This document shows, one piece after another, positions 35,326 to 48,121 of a stretch of DNA of 64,000 nt; position 1 is the stretch's first letter; each line of letters begins with the position of its first letter. The stretch comes from Nemertoderma westbladi (taxonomy: Eukaryota > Animalia > Xenacoelomorpha), in assembly GCA_032718475.1 (NCBI GenBank), contig JAUCBJ010002518.1, positions 18,498 to 82,497 on the forward strand. Reading direction: 5' to 3'. The position numbers were made by a program, and so were the translations under genes. Below the pieces are notes generated by a model. The model saw only the letters and a program-made list of their open reading frames with translations, was not told the origin of the DNA and ran no database searches.

Positions 35326-36561
35326 GTTCCCAGAGTCGAGGGAGAGAGACTGGGACTTGGACGTGGTACGCCTGGCAGGCGCCGCGTGGGACGTACGAAC
35401 TATTAAGTACAAATTTAATTAATGCAAATAATCATATAAGTGAAATCTGTATGTACGTACGTAGTGATTAGTAATCTAGAAATATATACGTTCGGAGTAA
35501 GTACTATAGTCATACAACCTTTCTCAATTAGCTACTGGGACTGGGGGATAACTGACTATGGCACTATGGACGAGACACCAGACAATTTCACACTTCTTGA
35601 GTGCGACGGCACGAGAGGGGGGGGAGATTCGTCAGAAGGGAAGAGACAGTCAAAGTGAGGTTGAGGGACGGAATAATAGTGCGGAGTGCGGAGAGAGTGC
35701 GGACGCAATTCTAGTGTGGGGGGGGAGAATAAGAGGCTGAGTGAGGGACGAGGAGGTCTGAGTGTGAGAGAGTTAGGGTGAGAGTGAAGGTGAGATAGGG
35801 CGGAGGTGTTGGGGAAACAAAAGTTGCGTGAAAGGTGAGCGCGATTGGCCCGACATGAGACGCCAGGCAAACAGGGTAGCGTTATCATACCCATAGGGGG
35901 CGGCCTGGAAAGCCAAATCCGAGAAAAAAGAATTCCACCCCACACCCGATACTAGATCGGGATCCAGCGGGATTGTAGCGCACTTTTTGGTTGATGCTAT
36001 CTTCTTACCGGGAAGATAGCATGGGGGGGAGTGTTAGCTTATTCAATCCCGCTAACACCCCATAAAGTTATAAGCCGATAAGCAATATTGGGAGCCACGA
36101 GATTGGGCAATTAACCAACTCGTGCCATCCCAATAAGAGTGGGAAGGAAGCACACAATAAAGGGTCAGGGGCCAAACCCCTAACCCAGAGAGTACAGGTG
36201 GAGTGAACGGGAACACTCCACGGGGCGCCAACAAGGGTATCAACCAATCAGACGGGGGCAAGGCATCGATTAGGTAGTAATTAGGCCAACCGTGCAATAT
36301 AATCAGTAACCTATTAATCAGTAATTCAGTTATCTCAATGCAGAAGTGCTAGCATAGGTTAGTTAGTTTAGATAGGGGAGCACGGGACTTTTAGTTACCG
36401 TATCCCGCCTTCCACATATCTATATCTATATCTTATACCCATCAGTTATTATACACCAAACATCAGAACTCATTCACTGCTTTCGTTTACTCTTTATACA
36501 CGGCGGGGACGCGTAAACTATAATACCGGATAAATCGGGATCCCTCCTGGATCCCGTCACA

Positions 36562-37514
36562 CTTCTTCTGAGGTTTCCCGGATATAACTTCGCCTTCCAC
36601 CTGAGAAAAAGTAGCGACTGTTGATTCTCCGTGGGTCATGTGCTCCGTTAGCTGAACTTTCCATTGTGTCGTTCCCTGGGCTTTAAGACTTACCCGTTGG
36701 AACCAAGTCTTTACGGCCACTTGCAACGACGTGTCTTGGCTTCTCTTCTAGGCTTCCTCAAAGGCTGAAAGGATTAGTCTGATCCGTAAAATTCGTTCTC
36801 GCACTTGATAAAGCAGCTCTCCCTGCTCTTGAGGTCCTTGATGTTGTTGAAATAGGTGTTCCTCTAATCTCTCCAAAGAACTGAAGAATCCCTGGACATA
36901 TCCTGCTGCCGACCTCTTCCATACAGCTGGATCTCTAGTGTCCCTTACTATCACCATCCTGTATAAGTCCTCCCAGGCAGCTTCCGATAAGTTAAACGGG
37001 AGTCCGGGTCCGGGGAAGTTCCATTGCGTCTCGACAATAGACCTCAGTTCCTCCATCGTCTATCCCGCATAACTGTCCCTGGTCGATCGCTTATTTCTCG
37101 CCCAATCGATTTGATGTTCCTCCTCCACAATCAATACTCTAGTGAGTACGGCCCCAGGAAGAATTAGAAGTGGATCTGGATAAACCGCTTCTGCCATCCT
37201 TGCTCCGATCTCGGGCGTCAACTCTTCAGTGTCTGAACTACTAGAGTTATCGTGCCATTGAGAAATAAGTTATCGGTTCGGGTGGTGCTGCTGTTTAACA
37301 GCTGCTTCTTGGTCCCGCTTAACTTGAGCCCTAGTGCCTATAATAGACCTATGGTGCTTTACTAGCGTAGGGTCTGATACTACTACTGTAGGGATGACCT
37401 TTCTTACAGTAGGAGGGGACTTGGACTTTGGTCTCAGATGTTCGATACTCTTATCGAGTTACAGACTGTTCTTTCTAGGAGACTATCTGACAGGGTTTGT
37501 TTTGTGTCAGCCAT
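36562..37514 (-). pseudogene. Element A gag N-terminus (disrupted)
   Basis: Homologous to the open ORF starting at 62168 (EELRSIVETQWNFPGPGLPF...RIRLILSAFEEA). Confidence 0.85.
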
Positions 37515-40164
37515 GATTTATTTTACAGTTGAATGCCTACTACTATAACGACAGTTAAAGTAAGTCTAGTAATTCAGTATCAACTGTAAGCCTAGTAATT
37601 AATTACCGATACCATTACTCAGTGTAACGTGATATATATATAATATTAAAATACCGGTATATGCTTATAGTATATATATAAGTATTATTTACAGACTAGG
37701 TTCAGTCACAGAATACCGGTATATAATTTCAGCCTAAATTTATATAAATAAATATAATAAGCTTACCGTAAATACCGGTAATGTCAATTATTTAATAATA
37801 ACTGAGTTTCTGAATTTTAGGGTTACTTCCCTTTACTTTATTACTGATATTAAACAGTAGTTCAACTGATATTAAGACCTAATTGATGTATGACAGGCCT
37901 ACTATTTTATAAATCTGTTTGAGTTGATTTATAAATATATATATACCCGTACAATGGGTTTTGATAATGTTTGAAATAAATGTTATTATTTCTAGATAAA
38001 GCAAAGAGTCACTACACAGAAGCTGAATGCTCTCAGTGGAGTGCTACTTGTTGGACACTAATACAGATAATTCTACTTTACTAAGTTATTTATCACTACA
38101 AATTACTTACAATTACTAACAGGTTGAGATTACAATCTCTAAATAAACAATAAACAAGTTACACGTACAATTTTTTAGGGTAATTTTACAAGAATTCTAC
38201 GAACCAGCCTAACAAGGAGTTAGAATTTCTGGTTCTTACTAACTGACAGGAAACTATGGTAGTTGAAACCAATAAAGTAGTAGTAAGTAAGTTGCGTTGT
38301 CCAGATAAGGAAATACCACCGTCTGATGACTTATAGTCTTAAACTCTATAAGTACTACGTTATGTACCCGGAGTGTCCTTACCTAGAGGTTAATTATCGA
38401 AGCCAACCAGAGCTAACGTACCTATTAACCACGTTACAACGCAAATATACTGCCTACACACTAAATTACTTTCGGAAAGCACTGTACTCGAAACCCTAAA
38501 TTAGGTACAAGTACTTATACAACAAATAACCAGCAGTTAAATATACTTGAACAGCCAAAAGAACCATGGTATCTGCTGGAGTGACCGGAGCACAAAATCA
38601 CCATTCTTTACCTACACCAAGCACCCCTGATGTAATACCGGGGTTAATTTAACTATAATGGTATGTATAACAAGCACAATTACTGTAGGAATAAACTTAG
38701 GGAATTGGAGGTTGCGAATACTCGCATAGACTCTGAATAATAAATATTACACTACCCGTGCAGACTATTTAAACAAAACACAGACCAAATGTTGGCAGAC
38801 TACTGTCAAGCCTAAATAAACTACAGTATATGCAGACTCCAAAATGGTTAGTTAGTAGGCGTTCTAACCAAGTAGTACGACTTATTCTTTTGGGGGGGAT
38901 TTACCTTACAGCACTGGATGCCCCCACCTTCCTAACTAGCACTTTATCGGACAGACACTCTACACACACTGCAATCGCCTCAGACCTAACAACAGTTAGA
39001 CAACAATCCGGCCTACAAATTATTTATACAATCTGAGCAGGCTTACACGCCTTCTGCTCAATATTACACTTACAGATAAATAAAACTGACAGAAATAAGT
39101 AAAATCCCAATAAAAACCAGGGCTGCAGTCCCCGATTAAATATCAAGACCTACCGGTATATAATTATCACAATCAAAATAATACTGCTGTACCTGTAAGT
39201 ACCGGTTCGGGTCATTAGGCCTACAGCTTACCGTCCGACCAGTACATTCGACTTTATTGCCTACGGCGCAATAAAGAAACTAAATCTATTAATGTTCTTA
39301 CCAGAACATTAGACAAAGTATATTTATTGCCTACTGTGCAATCAAGAAACTGAAATCTATTAATGTTCTTACCAGAACATTAGACAAAATATATTTATTG
39401 CCTACTGCGCAATAAAGAACCAAATCTATTAATGTTCGTGCTTTTAGACCTTTAGAGGTTTAACCTGCCAATTTTAGTTGTCCTCTTGTTTATAAATCGA
39501 CTTTAGCCTTTATCAATTACCTAGTGTACTGAAGTTACATCAGCCGAAGCCAGTCCGTGCGCGGCGTATGACCCACGGTGTGGGAGACTGGATTCGGATT
39601 CCTTGAGAGTGATTGCAGTGTAGACCTACTGTATTATTCCATTGATCGTTACTATATAATCTCTGACAAATATATTTACTTTCGGGGAAATATTAACAGT
39701 TCCTTTAGGACGTGGCGCTTTAAGTATAAAAACAGAGTTATGACTTATACTAATCAGAACTAGATGGCCACAGAGTTTCGTAAATAGCGCATTCTTTAGG
39801 AGATGCTTTATTAACCTTCACACTACTTCAGACGACTTCACACTACTTCCCACTAGTTCGCACTAATCTGCCGACCGTCACTGAATTTGATCATATATAA
39901 GGAGGATCGCAACTGACACACGTAGGGATTATGAAATAGCATTTGATTCACACAAAACCACTATAATTTAAGTCGCAGTTGCTACCGGTAAACCTGTTCC
40001 TCCTACCTCAGTAATCAAGAAGATTGAGGGGTTTATGATTATTTATCGGTATTCTCCAAATATAACAGCAATATCCATTAATATAACAACAATTAATAAC
40101 AGAAGTAAAATAATGCGGTGAGCAGTCAGTATGTGTCATCAGAAAATAGTAAAGTAAATGGGAC

Positions 40165-40238
40165 AGACTGTCAACCAGACAGTCTGGCGCCAGTCAGTGG
40201 GGTCTAACTATCACCAAGCCGCCCAAGACTCTACTACT
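40165..40238. mobile_element. Orphan Polinton-like right terminus
   Basis: GGGGTCTAACTATCACCAAGCCGCCCAAGACTCTACTACT is the near reverse complement of 7276-7315. Confidence 0.7.
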
Positions 40239-41015
40239 GACGATTTATCCTAGTGGTGTGGGTGGACGATGTATCCTAGTGGTGTGGGAGGACGATGTAT
40301 CCTAGTGGTGTGGGTGGACGATGCATCCTAGTGGTGTGGACGATGTATCCTAGTGGTGTGGGTGGACGATGCATCCTAGTTGTGTGGACGATATTTCCTA
40401 GTGGTGTGGGTGGACGATGTATCCTAGTGGTGTGGGTGGACGATGTATCCTAGTGGTGTGGGTGGACGATGCATCCTAGTTGTGTGGACGATATTTCCTA
40501 GTGGTGTGGGTGGACGATGTATCCTAGTGGTGTGGGTGGACGATGTATCCTAGTGGTGTGGGTGGACGATGCATCCTAGTTGTGTGGACGATATTTCCTA
40601 GTGGTGTGGGTGGACGATGTATCCTAGTGGTGTGGGTGGACGATGTATCCTAGTGGTGTGGGTGGACGATGCATCCTAGTTGTGTGGACGATATTTCCTA
40701 GTGGTGTGGGTGGACGATGTATCCTAGTGGTGTGGGTGGACGATGTATCCTAGTGGTGTGGGTGGACGATGTATCCTAGTGGTGTGGACGATGTATCCTA
40801 GTGGTGTGGGTGGACGATGCATCCTAGTTGTGTGGACGATATTTCCTAGTGGTGTGGGTGGACGATGTATCCTAGTGGTGTGGGTGGACGATGTATCCTA
40901 GTGGTGTGGGTGGACGATGTATCCTAGTGGTGTGGACGATGTATCCTAGTGGTGTGGGTGGACGATGCATCCTAGTTGTGTGGACGATATATCCTAGTGG
41001 TGTGGGTGGACGATG
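40239..41015. repeat. 26/22-bp minisatellite (GACGATGTATCCTAGTGGTGTGGGTG)
   Basis: Visible tandem array. Confidence 0.95.
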
Positions 41016-41021
41016 GATGGA

Positions 41022-41954
41022 TAATTTACTTTTATTTCCAAGGACTTGTCTTAATATCTCTTCTCTATTTTCCTCATTTTCCTCCATTTGTTTAATAAAT
41101 TTCCGCATTTGTTTTTTGTTTACTAATATTTGTCTCAATATCTCTCTTTATTTTCATCATTCTCTTTTAAATGTTTAATAAATTTCTGTAATTTAATTTT
41201 ATTTCCTCGAACTTGGGTCAATGTCGCCTCTTTATTTTCTTCATTTTCCTTCAAATGTTTAATAATTTTCCGCAATTTATTCTTATTTCCAAGTAATTGT
41301 CTCAATATTTCCTCATTATCATCATTTTCATCCTCTTCTTCACTTTCTTCATCTTCTTGTTCATAACTTTCTTTATTTTCTTGTTCCTCACTTTCTTCCT
41401 GATCTTCACTTTCTTCACCCTCTTTCTGACCTTCACTTTTTCATCCTCTTCCTGTTCTTCACTTTCTTTACCCTCTTCATGTTCTTCACTTTCTTCATCC
41501 TCTTCTTGGTCTTCACTTTCTTCACCCTCTTCTTGACCTTCACTTTCTTCATCCTCTTCCTGATCTTCCTGATCTTCACTTTCTTCGTTCTCAACTACAC
41601 TCTTTTCAACTTCATCCTGATCCTCACTATTTTCATTCTCCATCTCATCGTGCTCTTCTTCTTTATCTTTCTCACTCAAATTTTCTGCATTTTCTAGGGG
41701 CAACTGTTTTTGTATCCCTTTCAAAATATTCATAACTTTATGAAATTTATTTTCCATTGTCTGTTTTATCTTTAATATATCACGCTCATCTCTCTTTTTC
41801 TTTTCATCTTCACTAATAATATCTTCGGATTTTTTAAATTTCTTTGATTCTGAGGATCAATTAGTTTATCCTTTCTATGTCTTTCCATATGTCGAGATAG
41901 ATCGTCTTGTCTCATTTCTTTATTACAAACCAAACAACTTTCATGTCTATGCAT
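41022..41954 (-). pseudogene. Second, frameshifted copy of the zinc-finger and acidic-protein ORFs
   Basis: MHRHESCLVCNKEMRQDDLSRH and MENKFHKVMNILKG; homologous to 9466-10420. Confidence 0.8.
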
Positions 41955-42283
41955 TATATAAGAATATCAATTGATAGTATTGAATTTTCGCTAAATGATT
42001 TTACAAATTATAATTATGAGTAAAATTTTAAATTTTAAATAAACAAAACTTTTATGAAAATAAAAAAACTTTTAAAAATAAAAATATATAATGAATGGGA
42101 AAGCAGTAAACAAGGGTCTATATAGAAGAAACTTAGTTTGGCGTAGCCAATGAGAGACCAGATGCGAGTAAAGCAGCCAATGAGAGAGCAGATGCGAGTA
42201 CACGCTTAATTTCTTTTGCCGTTCTTCGTTTCAGGGGTAAAGCCCATCCGTGGTGAGATAACGCCACACTAACATAGTTAAAC

Positions 42284-42842
42284 TGTTAGCTTATCCAATT
42301 CCGCTAACACAAACCCATAAAGTAAGCCGTTAAGCAATATTGGGAGCACGAGGTTGATTACCCAACCTCGTGTCACCCCAATAAAGTGGGAAGGAGAAAC
42401 ACACAATAGGGGTCAGGGGCCACACCCCTGACAGAGAGAGAACAGCAAGGGCGAAGGGAAGCACTTCAGAGGGGGGCAAAGGGTGCCAACAAGGATATTA
42501 GCCAATGGGGGGAAAGCATCGACTGAGTAACACCACGTGGCCAACCGTGCAATATATATTACCAGTCATTATTATCCCATTCACTTAGTAAGTCAGTTAG
42601 TTAGGGTAGTAACGGAACTCTAATCACGTCTCCGTCCACTGCCACCATCACCGTTCAATGCATTACCGGTATTCACCCACTTTATCATTATATCAGCTTC
42701 TACTGTGTTTATACTATTATACCCTATATTATATATACACCGATCAGTCAACAACACCGGAACTCTTTTACATTACGCACGGCGGGGACCGTAGATTAGA
42801 AACCAACCGGATAAATCGGGATCCTTGGTGGATCCCGTCACA
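42284..42842 (+). mobile_element. Solo LTR of B-family variant B3
   Basis: TGTTAGCTTAT...GATCCCGTCACA with 5-bp TSD TAAAC at 42279-42283 and 42843-42847. The empty site is seen near 10730-10740. Confidence 0.9.
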
Positions 42843-43244
42843 TAAACTCACCATTCAAATATTCCTCGCAAACCAGATTCCCCCCAGCATCTAAAGTATT
42901 CCACTTCAGTGCAAAATATACAGTATAGAGTTTTAGTTGGATTTGAACCTGCGTAGCAAACTCTTTTGTAAAGTTAAGAAGAGTGAACCAATGGAGGCAA
43001 CCTGAAGTCTAATCGCTTGGCCTTTACTCATAAGACAGCGCATTAACTCCCAAGGTTGCATACTATCACTATTCGTTTCCATTTGTTTACTCTCTCAACA
43101 AATGATATATTCTCACTATATAGCTGGGAGAGTCGAAGCTAGTGTCCACTAGAGTCAAACAAGAGCTAAGAAAAGGAATAATGCTCTTCTAGGGTTCGAA
43201 CTCACGACATTCTAATTAGAAAACTAAGCAAATGATCAGCTTGT

Positions 43245-44003
43245 CTGAGGCATAGTCTGAGCCTCAGTGAGGCATAGTCTGTGCCTCAGTGCCTCAGTGA
43301 GGCATAGTCTGTGCCTTAGCGAGGCATAGTCTGTGCCACAGTGCCTCAGTGAGGCATAGTCTGTGCCTTAGCGAGGCATAGTCTGTGCCTCAGTGCCTCA
43401 GTGAGGCATAGTCTGTGCCTTAGCGAGGCATAGTCTATGCCTCAGTGCCTCAGTGAGACATATTCTGTGCCTCAGTGCCTCAGTGAGGCATAGTCTGTGC
43501 CTCAGTGCCTTAGTGAGGCATAGTCTGTGCCTCAGTGCCTCAGTGAGGCATAGTCTGTGCCTTAGCGAGGCATAGTCTGAGCCTCAGTGAGGTATAGTAT
43601 GTGCCTCAGTGCCTCAGTGAGGCATATTCTATGCCTCAGTGCCTCAGTGAGGCATAGTCTGTGCCTCAGTGCCTCAGCGAGGCATAGTCTGAGCCCCAGT
43701 GAGGCATAGTCTGTGCCTCAGTGAGGCATAGTCTGTGCCTTAGCGAGGTATAGTCTGTGCCTCAGTGCCTCAGTGAGGCATAGTCTGAGCCCCAGTGCCT
43801 CAGCGAGGCATAGTCTGAGCCTCAGTGAGTTATAGTCTGTGCCTCACTGAGGCATAGTCTGAGCCCCAGTGAGGCATAGTCTGTGCCTCAGTGAGGCATA
43901 GTCTAAGCACCAGTGAGGCATAGTCTGTGCCTCGGTGCCTCAGTGAGGCATAGTCTGTGCCTCAGTGCCTCAGCGAGGCATAGTCTGAGCCCCAGTGAGG
44001 CAT
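43245..44003. repeat. 22-bp tandem repeat, right subterminal array of the Polinton-like element
   Basis: TGAGGCATAGTCTGTGCCTCAG units, inverted relative to 8506-8862. Confidence 0.92.
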
Positions 44004-44997
44004 AGGATTAAATGTTCTAATTAATTGATGACACCCGTAAATTAGGGTCTAATTAGCCTAATTAGGAGGTGTCACCCAGACAGTCTGACGCCAATGACAC
44101 CCAATGACACCCTAGGTGTCACATTCCTAAGCGATGAGTCATGAGTTGGGTCTAACTGTCGCCGAGCCGGCTATACTCCTACTACTGGAAACTTAATTGG
44201 TAACTAAGTAGAAGAGTGCAAAGTTTAGTCAATCGATAGTCATTGGACTAAAGATTGTCTGTACCAAATTTGGAGAACCCCATCTAATAGCTATGTTAAA
44301 TCCTTGTTGCTAAGGAAAAACACATGAAATTGAAAGTGATACAATTATTATATTTTTATAGAGTTTTTCTATACTAACGTTAACCTGAACAATGGCCTAC
44401 CGGTACTAATAATAGGCTTTGACTTAACACAAACATAGACATAAAACTACTATTTATATGAACACAAAACACAAAAAACAACTACAACAGGCAGTTAAAC
44501 ATATATATGACTAGCCCCATATTTATTCTTATTTTATGTACAATTCGAATACATTACTGTATACAGATAGATATAACAAATAACTACTATTTTATTCATT
44601 CATATGCAGACAACTACAAAGTCACTTATTTGAGAAGTTCGCTTTGGAGGGACTTCGCAAAGAACAAAATTTCCCTGAGATTCCACACTAGACTATTTGG
44701 CGAAATTAATCTCTGAGCTATACGTTTGAGGATCACTGAGTGTTGATATCAAATTGTTATCACAAATTTTTCTTATCATCAATCGCACATGAAAACTAAC
44801 AGAACAAAGCAGTATATACTACAAGTATTAAATATCGCCTCAGGAAAAGTCTAGAAGCATACGAGTCACAGCCAACAGGAATGGGCTGCGTGAGTGAACA
44901 AATAATACAAGTTCATTTTCAATTATTGCACTTCCTAAATAAGTTGTGAAATCCATCCATTCAAATATCTCAAATGATGATTACCTTTGCAAAGTCT

Positions 44998-47049
44998 TTA
45001 CCTAAATGCTGCCGGGTGGCGTATAACTTCCTGGTGTGGTTTAGAGACAATCCTTTTCGCTTCTCTGGTTTTAGGTTCTGTAAATTCGTTTCTCATTTTA
45101 TGGCTTTGCCGATACCTACGAATCTTATCCAAGGCTCCATCGGATGGGTAGGATCTCATGCGATCTTTGTTTTTATGAGAACCCGCAGTGGTGAAGCTGT
45201 ACCCCTTAGTATCATCGACTAGGGCGGGGACTATTGAAGGCTTTTGAGCTTGGCCAGTAGTGAAACCCGACTTGATCGAAGCCAAGGATGATCGATGTTT
45301 AAGAGACCCTACCACGTGATCGCCTCGTTTACTTCCTTTAACGGTTTGATCGTTAGTGGCTCCTGTCGTACCTATTGGTGTATCCCCTTCTAGCCAACCT
45401 CGTTCCTGAACTTTGTCCAATATGAATTGTGGGGCTTTCTGCCCAATCTCACGAATAAGAACCGAAACGAAACAACCATTTTGAGTTTCAGACGGAGGCA
45501 TTACGAGAAATTTACCACTAAATGGTAAATCGATTTCCTCTGTATTACCACTCTCATTCGGACAAATATGTTCCATTTCACAGACAGTGATAGGTAGAAC
45601 AGGTGGACTTGCAACATAAGGTTGAATGCTATCGATGTTTATCATTGATAACGATCTATTTATAACACCTTCGTTTTCAGAATCGTAAATGGATTGTGTA
45701 TAGTACACCGCGCCTTGGAGGGTGGGAAGTTTTAGAACATTGATGAGCATTTCCGTATGATTCGCGGCTAATTGAATCCGTTGATGTTTATACTTGGTAG
45801 AAGATATCGTTAGGTCACACAGTATCCTTTCATCGGCGCCCTCAAACACGACTAAGTCAACGGGGTTGACAATTCCGGAGCCGGAATCATCAGGTGTTAC
45901 CAAGGCAATCTTAACTCTGCGCAGTCGTGTGTCGTGCAAATCAGAGGTTGTGAATTTATGTTTGGAGACAGTAATGTTGTGAGCACCAATTTTCTTGAAT
46001 TTATTGACAAGGGAGGTGAAATGCTTCTCGCTGTTTGCGTTGTAAGCCAATATTCGACAGTCAGTGCCGCTAAGGAGACTAGCCAAGTGCATCGCCAAGA
46101 CGCCACTCCCGACGTTTGGTACTATGACATCATCCCCGTCATTGAGGAGGTACTTCGTAGACCAGACAGGGAAAGCTGACGCTCTATTCTGTACAATTAA
46201 TCTGTTGGAGGTGCAAAGTGAATGTGTAATAATATTTTCAGAAGCAGTTCTGTGAAAAATGATAACATCTTTGCAACACCGATCCACGTAAAATTGATTG
46301 GAACACATCAAGTCTTCGATATTGTCAACGGGACAATACAGAGATCTCTCCAAGTTCTCAATAACAGATTTCAAATCGGTTTTAAAAAAATTCACCCATG
46401 TAGCTACAACCAATTTGGAAAGAGCTTGTTCTTTCTCCCTCTGCTCTGTCGAAAGAAAGCAGTCCAACGACAACGCACTGCAGCTAATTCTCTTACGGGA
46501 TTGGGCTGCATGGAGTCGCGTCACGTTATTGTCAACAGCTGTTTGAACTTCCTCAACCATCTCGTTAGGATCATACCCTTTGGGGACATCTTTTACCCAA
46601 GGTTTATAACTCGTAGAATTGAATTTCCCTTCGTTGTAATCCAGCAGTATTATATAAACTAAACTACATAAATCATCGCTTAATTTGCTTGTATTCATAA
46701 AATTAGTGTCTTGAAGTATATCACAAATGAGTTTCTTATATTTCAATGTCTTGTGGGCTAGAGTGTAAGCCGTTTGTTTTGAATGATCAGTGTTATAAAA
46801 CGGAACGTGATAAGGAAGTTTAATATCAGTTGGTCCGGAATCTTCTTGGTCATCCCGATCCAATGTTTCGTATATATATGCCGCGTTTAGAATATCCAAT
46901 ACATTCAAATCGGTTTCTCTGCTCGTTTGTATCAAGCTCTCCCGATTGATTTCCGAGGCGATTATTGACCCAGATTTAATTTTAATGCAATTCCACGAGG
47001 CGTTGCTGTCGGTGCGGGACAGTGACTCTGTTTCGTTTGTTTCACTCAT
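44998..47049 (-). CDS. NSUN7: NSUN7-like RsmB/NOL1 family protein, intronless, probably catalytically inactive, nested antisense in the DEG/ENaC intron
   Basis: Intact 683-aa ORF. AYTLAHKTLKY...DILQD, WVNFFK, LIVQNRASAFPV, ALVTPDDSGSGIVNPVD and AVYYTQSIYDSENEGVI resemble NSUN7 motifs. Confidence 0.75.
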   Translation of the reverse strand: MSETNETESLSRTDSNASWNCIKIKSGSIIASEINRESLIQTSRETDLNVLDILNAAYIYETLDRDDQEDSGPTDIKLPYHVPFYNTDHSKQTAYTLAHKTLKYKKLICDILQDTNFMNTSKLSDDLCSLVYIILLDYNEGKFNSTSYKPWVKDVPKGYDPNEMVEEVQTAVDNNVTRLHAAQSRKRISCSALSLDCFLSTEQREKEQALSKLVVATWVNFFKTDLKSVIENLERSLYCPVDNIEDLMCSNQFYVDRCCKDVIIFHRTASENIITHSLCTSNRLIVQNRASAFPVWSTKYLLNDGDDVIVPNVGSGVLAMHLASLLSGTDCRILAYNANSEKHFTSLVNKFKKIGAHNITVSKHKFTTSDLHDTRLRRVKIALVTPDDSGSGIVNPVDLVVFEGADERILCDLTISSTKYKHQRIQLAANHTEMLINVLKLPTLQGAVYYTQSIYDSENEGVINRSLSMINIDSIQPYVASPPVLPITVCEMEHICPNESGNTEEIDLPFSGKFLVMPPSETQNGCFVSVLIREIGQKAPQFILDKVQERGWLEGDTPIGTTGATNDQTVKGSKRGDHVVGSLKHRSSLASIKSGFTTGQAQKPSIVPALVDDTKGYSFTTAGSHKNKDRMRSYPSDGALDKIRRYRQSHKMRNEFTEPKTREAKRIVSKPHQEVIRHPAAFR

Positions 47050-47289
47050 ATTATTTTGGTTTATTTCACTATTATAAATGTTAAAATATTTCGTAGGTGG
47101 ATTTTACTAAAGTTTATTAATCTTTGAATATTCTGCACGTAGATCAACTTGTTAGGCTAGTTAAGTGCTAAAAATAACCTACGTTCTGGAACATATATTT
47201 ATGTAATATACTATTCAAAAACTCTTAGCAACTACTTACGTAATTTTATTTCAAGTTGATGATTATTGCAAAGCTCTGCATTCAACTAT

Positions 47290-48010
47290 TTATTTTGTTA
47301 CATTATGTCAACTTAACAGCGTTCTGGTGAATTACTCGTAACGCTGCAAAGTACTACTTTGCAGCGTTGCGGCCTATAGGACGGAACGCTGCAAAGTAAT
47401 CAATGACAAGGAAACAACTTCAATTACCTTATTCCAGAATGTATTATTTCCATTTATGTTAATGAGTGCTGCTTTATTATCCAGTTTGTAGTTGTAGTTT
47501 GGACTAGCTCCTGTATGTAAATAATTGTTTAACGTGTACTGTAACCCATTATGACGAAACGTCCAATAAAAGACACTTTAGAGAAAATGACCAAAGAAAA
47601 TGGTGACAGTCTTCAGTAAAACTGAACGGACACAGACGGTGACTAAGTTTGCTTCAGTCGACTATAGTCAAGATGGATTAATGATTTATCACATCCAAGC
47701 TGAAGATAACTTTCAATAAACTTTAATTAGATTTAATACTGTGTAACTGTTAATAAATTTCACTTATATTCGATATAGTACATGATTAAAATGTATAATT
47801 GAGTATCCATAAAATCCTTTCTTCACATACCGAACGCTGATAAGTTGACATAATGTAACAAAATTACATACATCATTGCTTGCAAAGGTCACTTTTCAGA
47901 GTTAAAGACCCTTGTTTATTTATGTAGTCCTCCCTCGCTGCGCTCGCTCGGTACATAAATAAACTCGGGTAATAACGCTGCAAAGTGCTACTTTGCACAC
48001 AATGATGTAA
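47290..48010. mobile_element. Non-autonomous repeat with internal hairpins; a second diverged copy spans ~48035-49420
   Basis: AACGCTGCAAAGT..ACTTTGCAGCGTT palindrome and GTTTATTTATGTA..CTCGCT..CGCTCGG..TACATAAATAAAC hairpin, repeated in the adjacent copy. Confidence 0.45.
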
Positions 48011-48121
48011 ATAGAAATTAAATAAAATTTTCAATATTTGTTACATTATGCCAACATATCAATCTTAAGGTGATATCCACGCAAAGCAGCAAAGTGCCAC
48101 TTTGTTGTTTTGCGGCATATA

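Larger units (their letters stand above)
26946..36561 (+). mobile_element. BEL/Pao LTR retrotransposon B (internally deleted or chimeric) inserted into element A gag
   Basis: 530-bp LTRs TGTTAGC...GTCACA at 26946-27475 and 36032-36561 (about 3 differences seen). 5-bp TSD CTTCT at 26941-26945 and 36562-36566. PPT GGGGGGGAG at 36023-36031. Confidence 0.93.
15394..40155 (-). mobile_element. BEL/Pao LTR retrotransposon A (degenerate; 5' LTR truncated, integrase core deleted, carries an extra 3' ORF)
   Basis: gag ATG at 37514. gag is interrupted by element B at 26946-36561. Followed by gag zinc knuckles, protease, RT, RNase H, the integrase tail and the 3' LTR. Confidence 0.88.
7276..44186. mobile_element. 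Non-autonomous Polinton/Maverick-like composite element containing nested retroelements
   Basis: Starts AGTAGTAGGG and ends CCTACTACT. Identical 6-bp TSD GGAAAC at 7270-7275 and 44187-44192. Inverted homology 7276-7460 vs 44010-44186 and 8500-9105 vs 42970-44003. No pPolB, integrase or capsid ORF seen. Confidence 0.75.
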
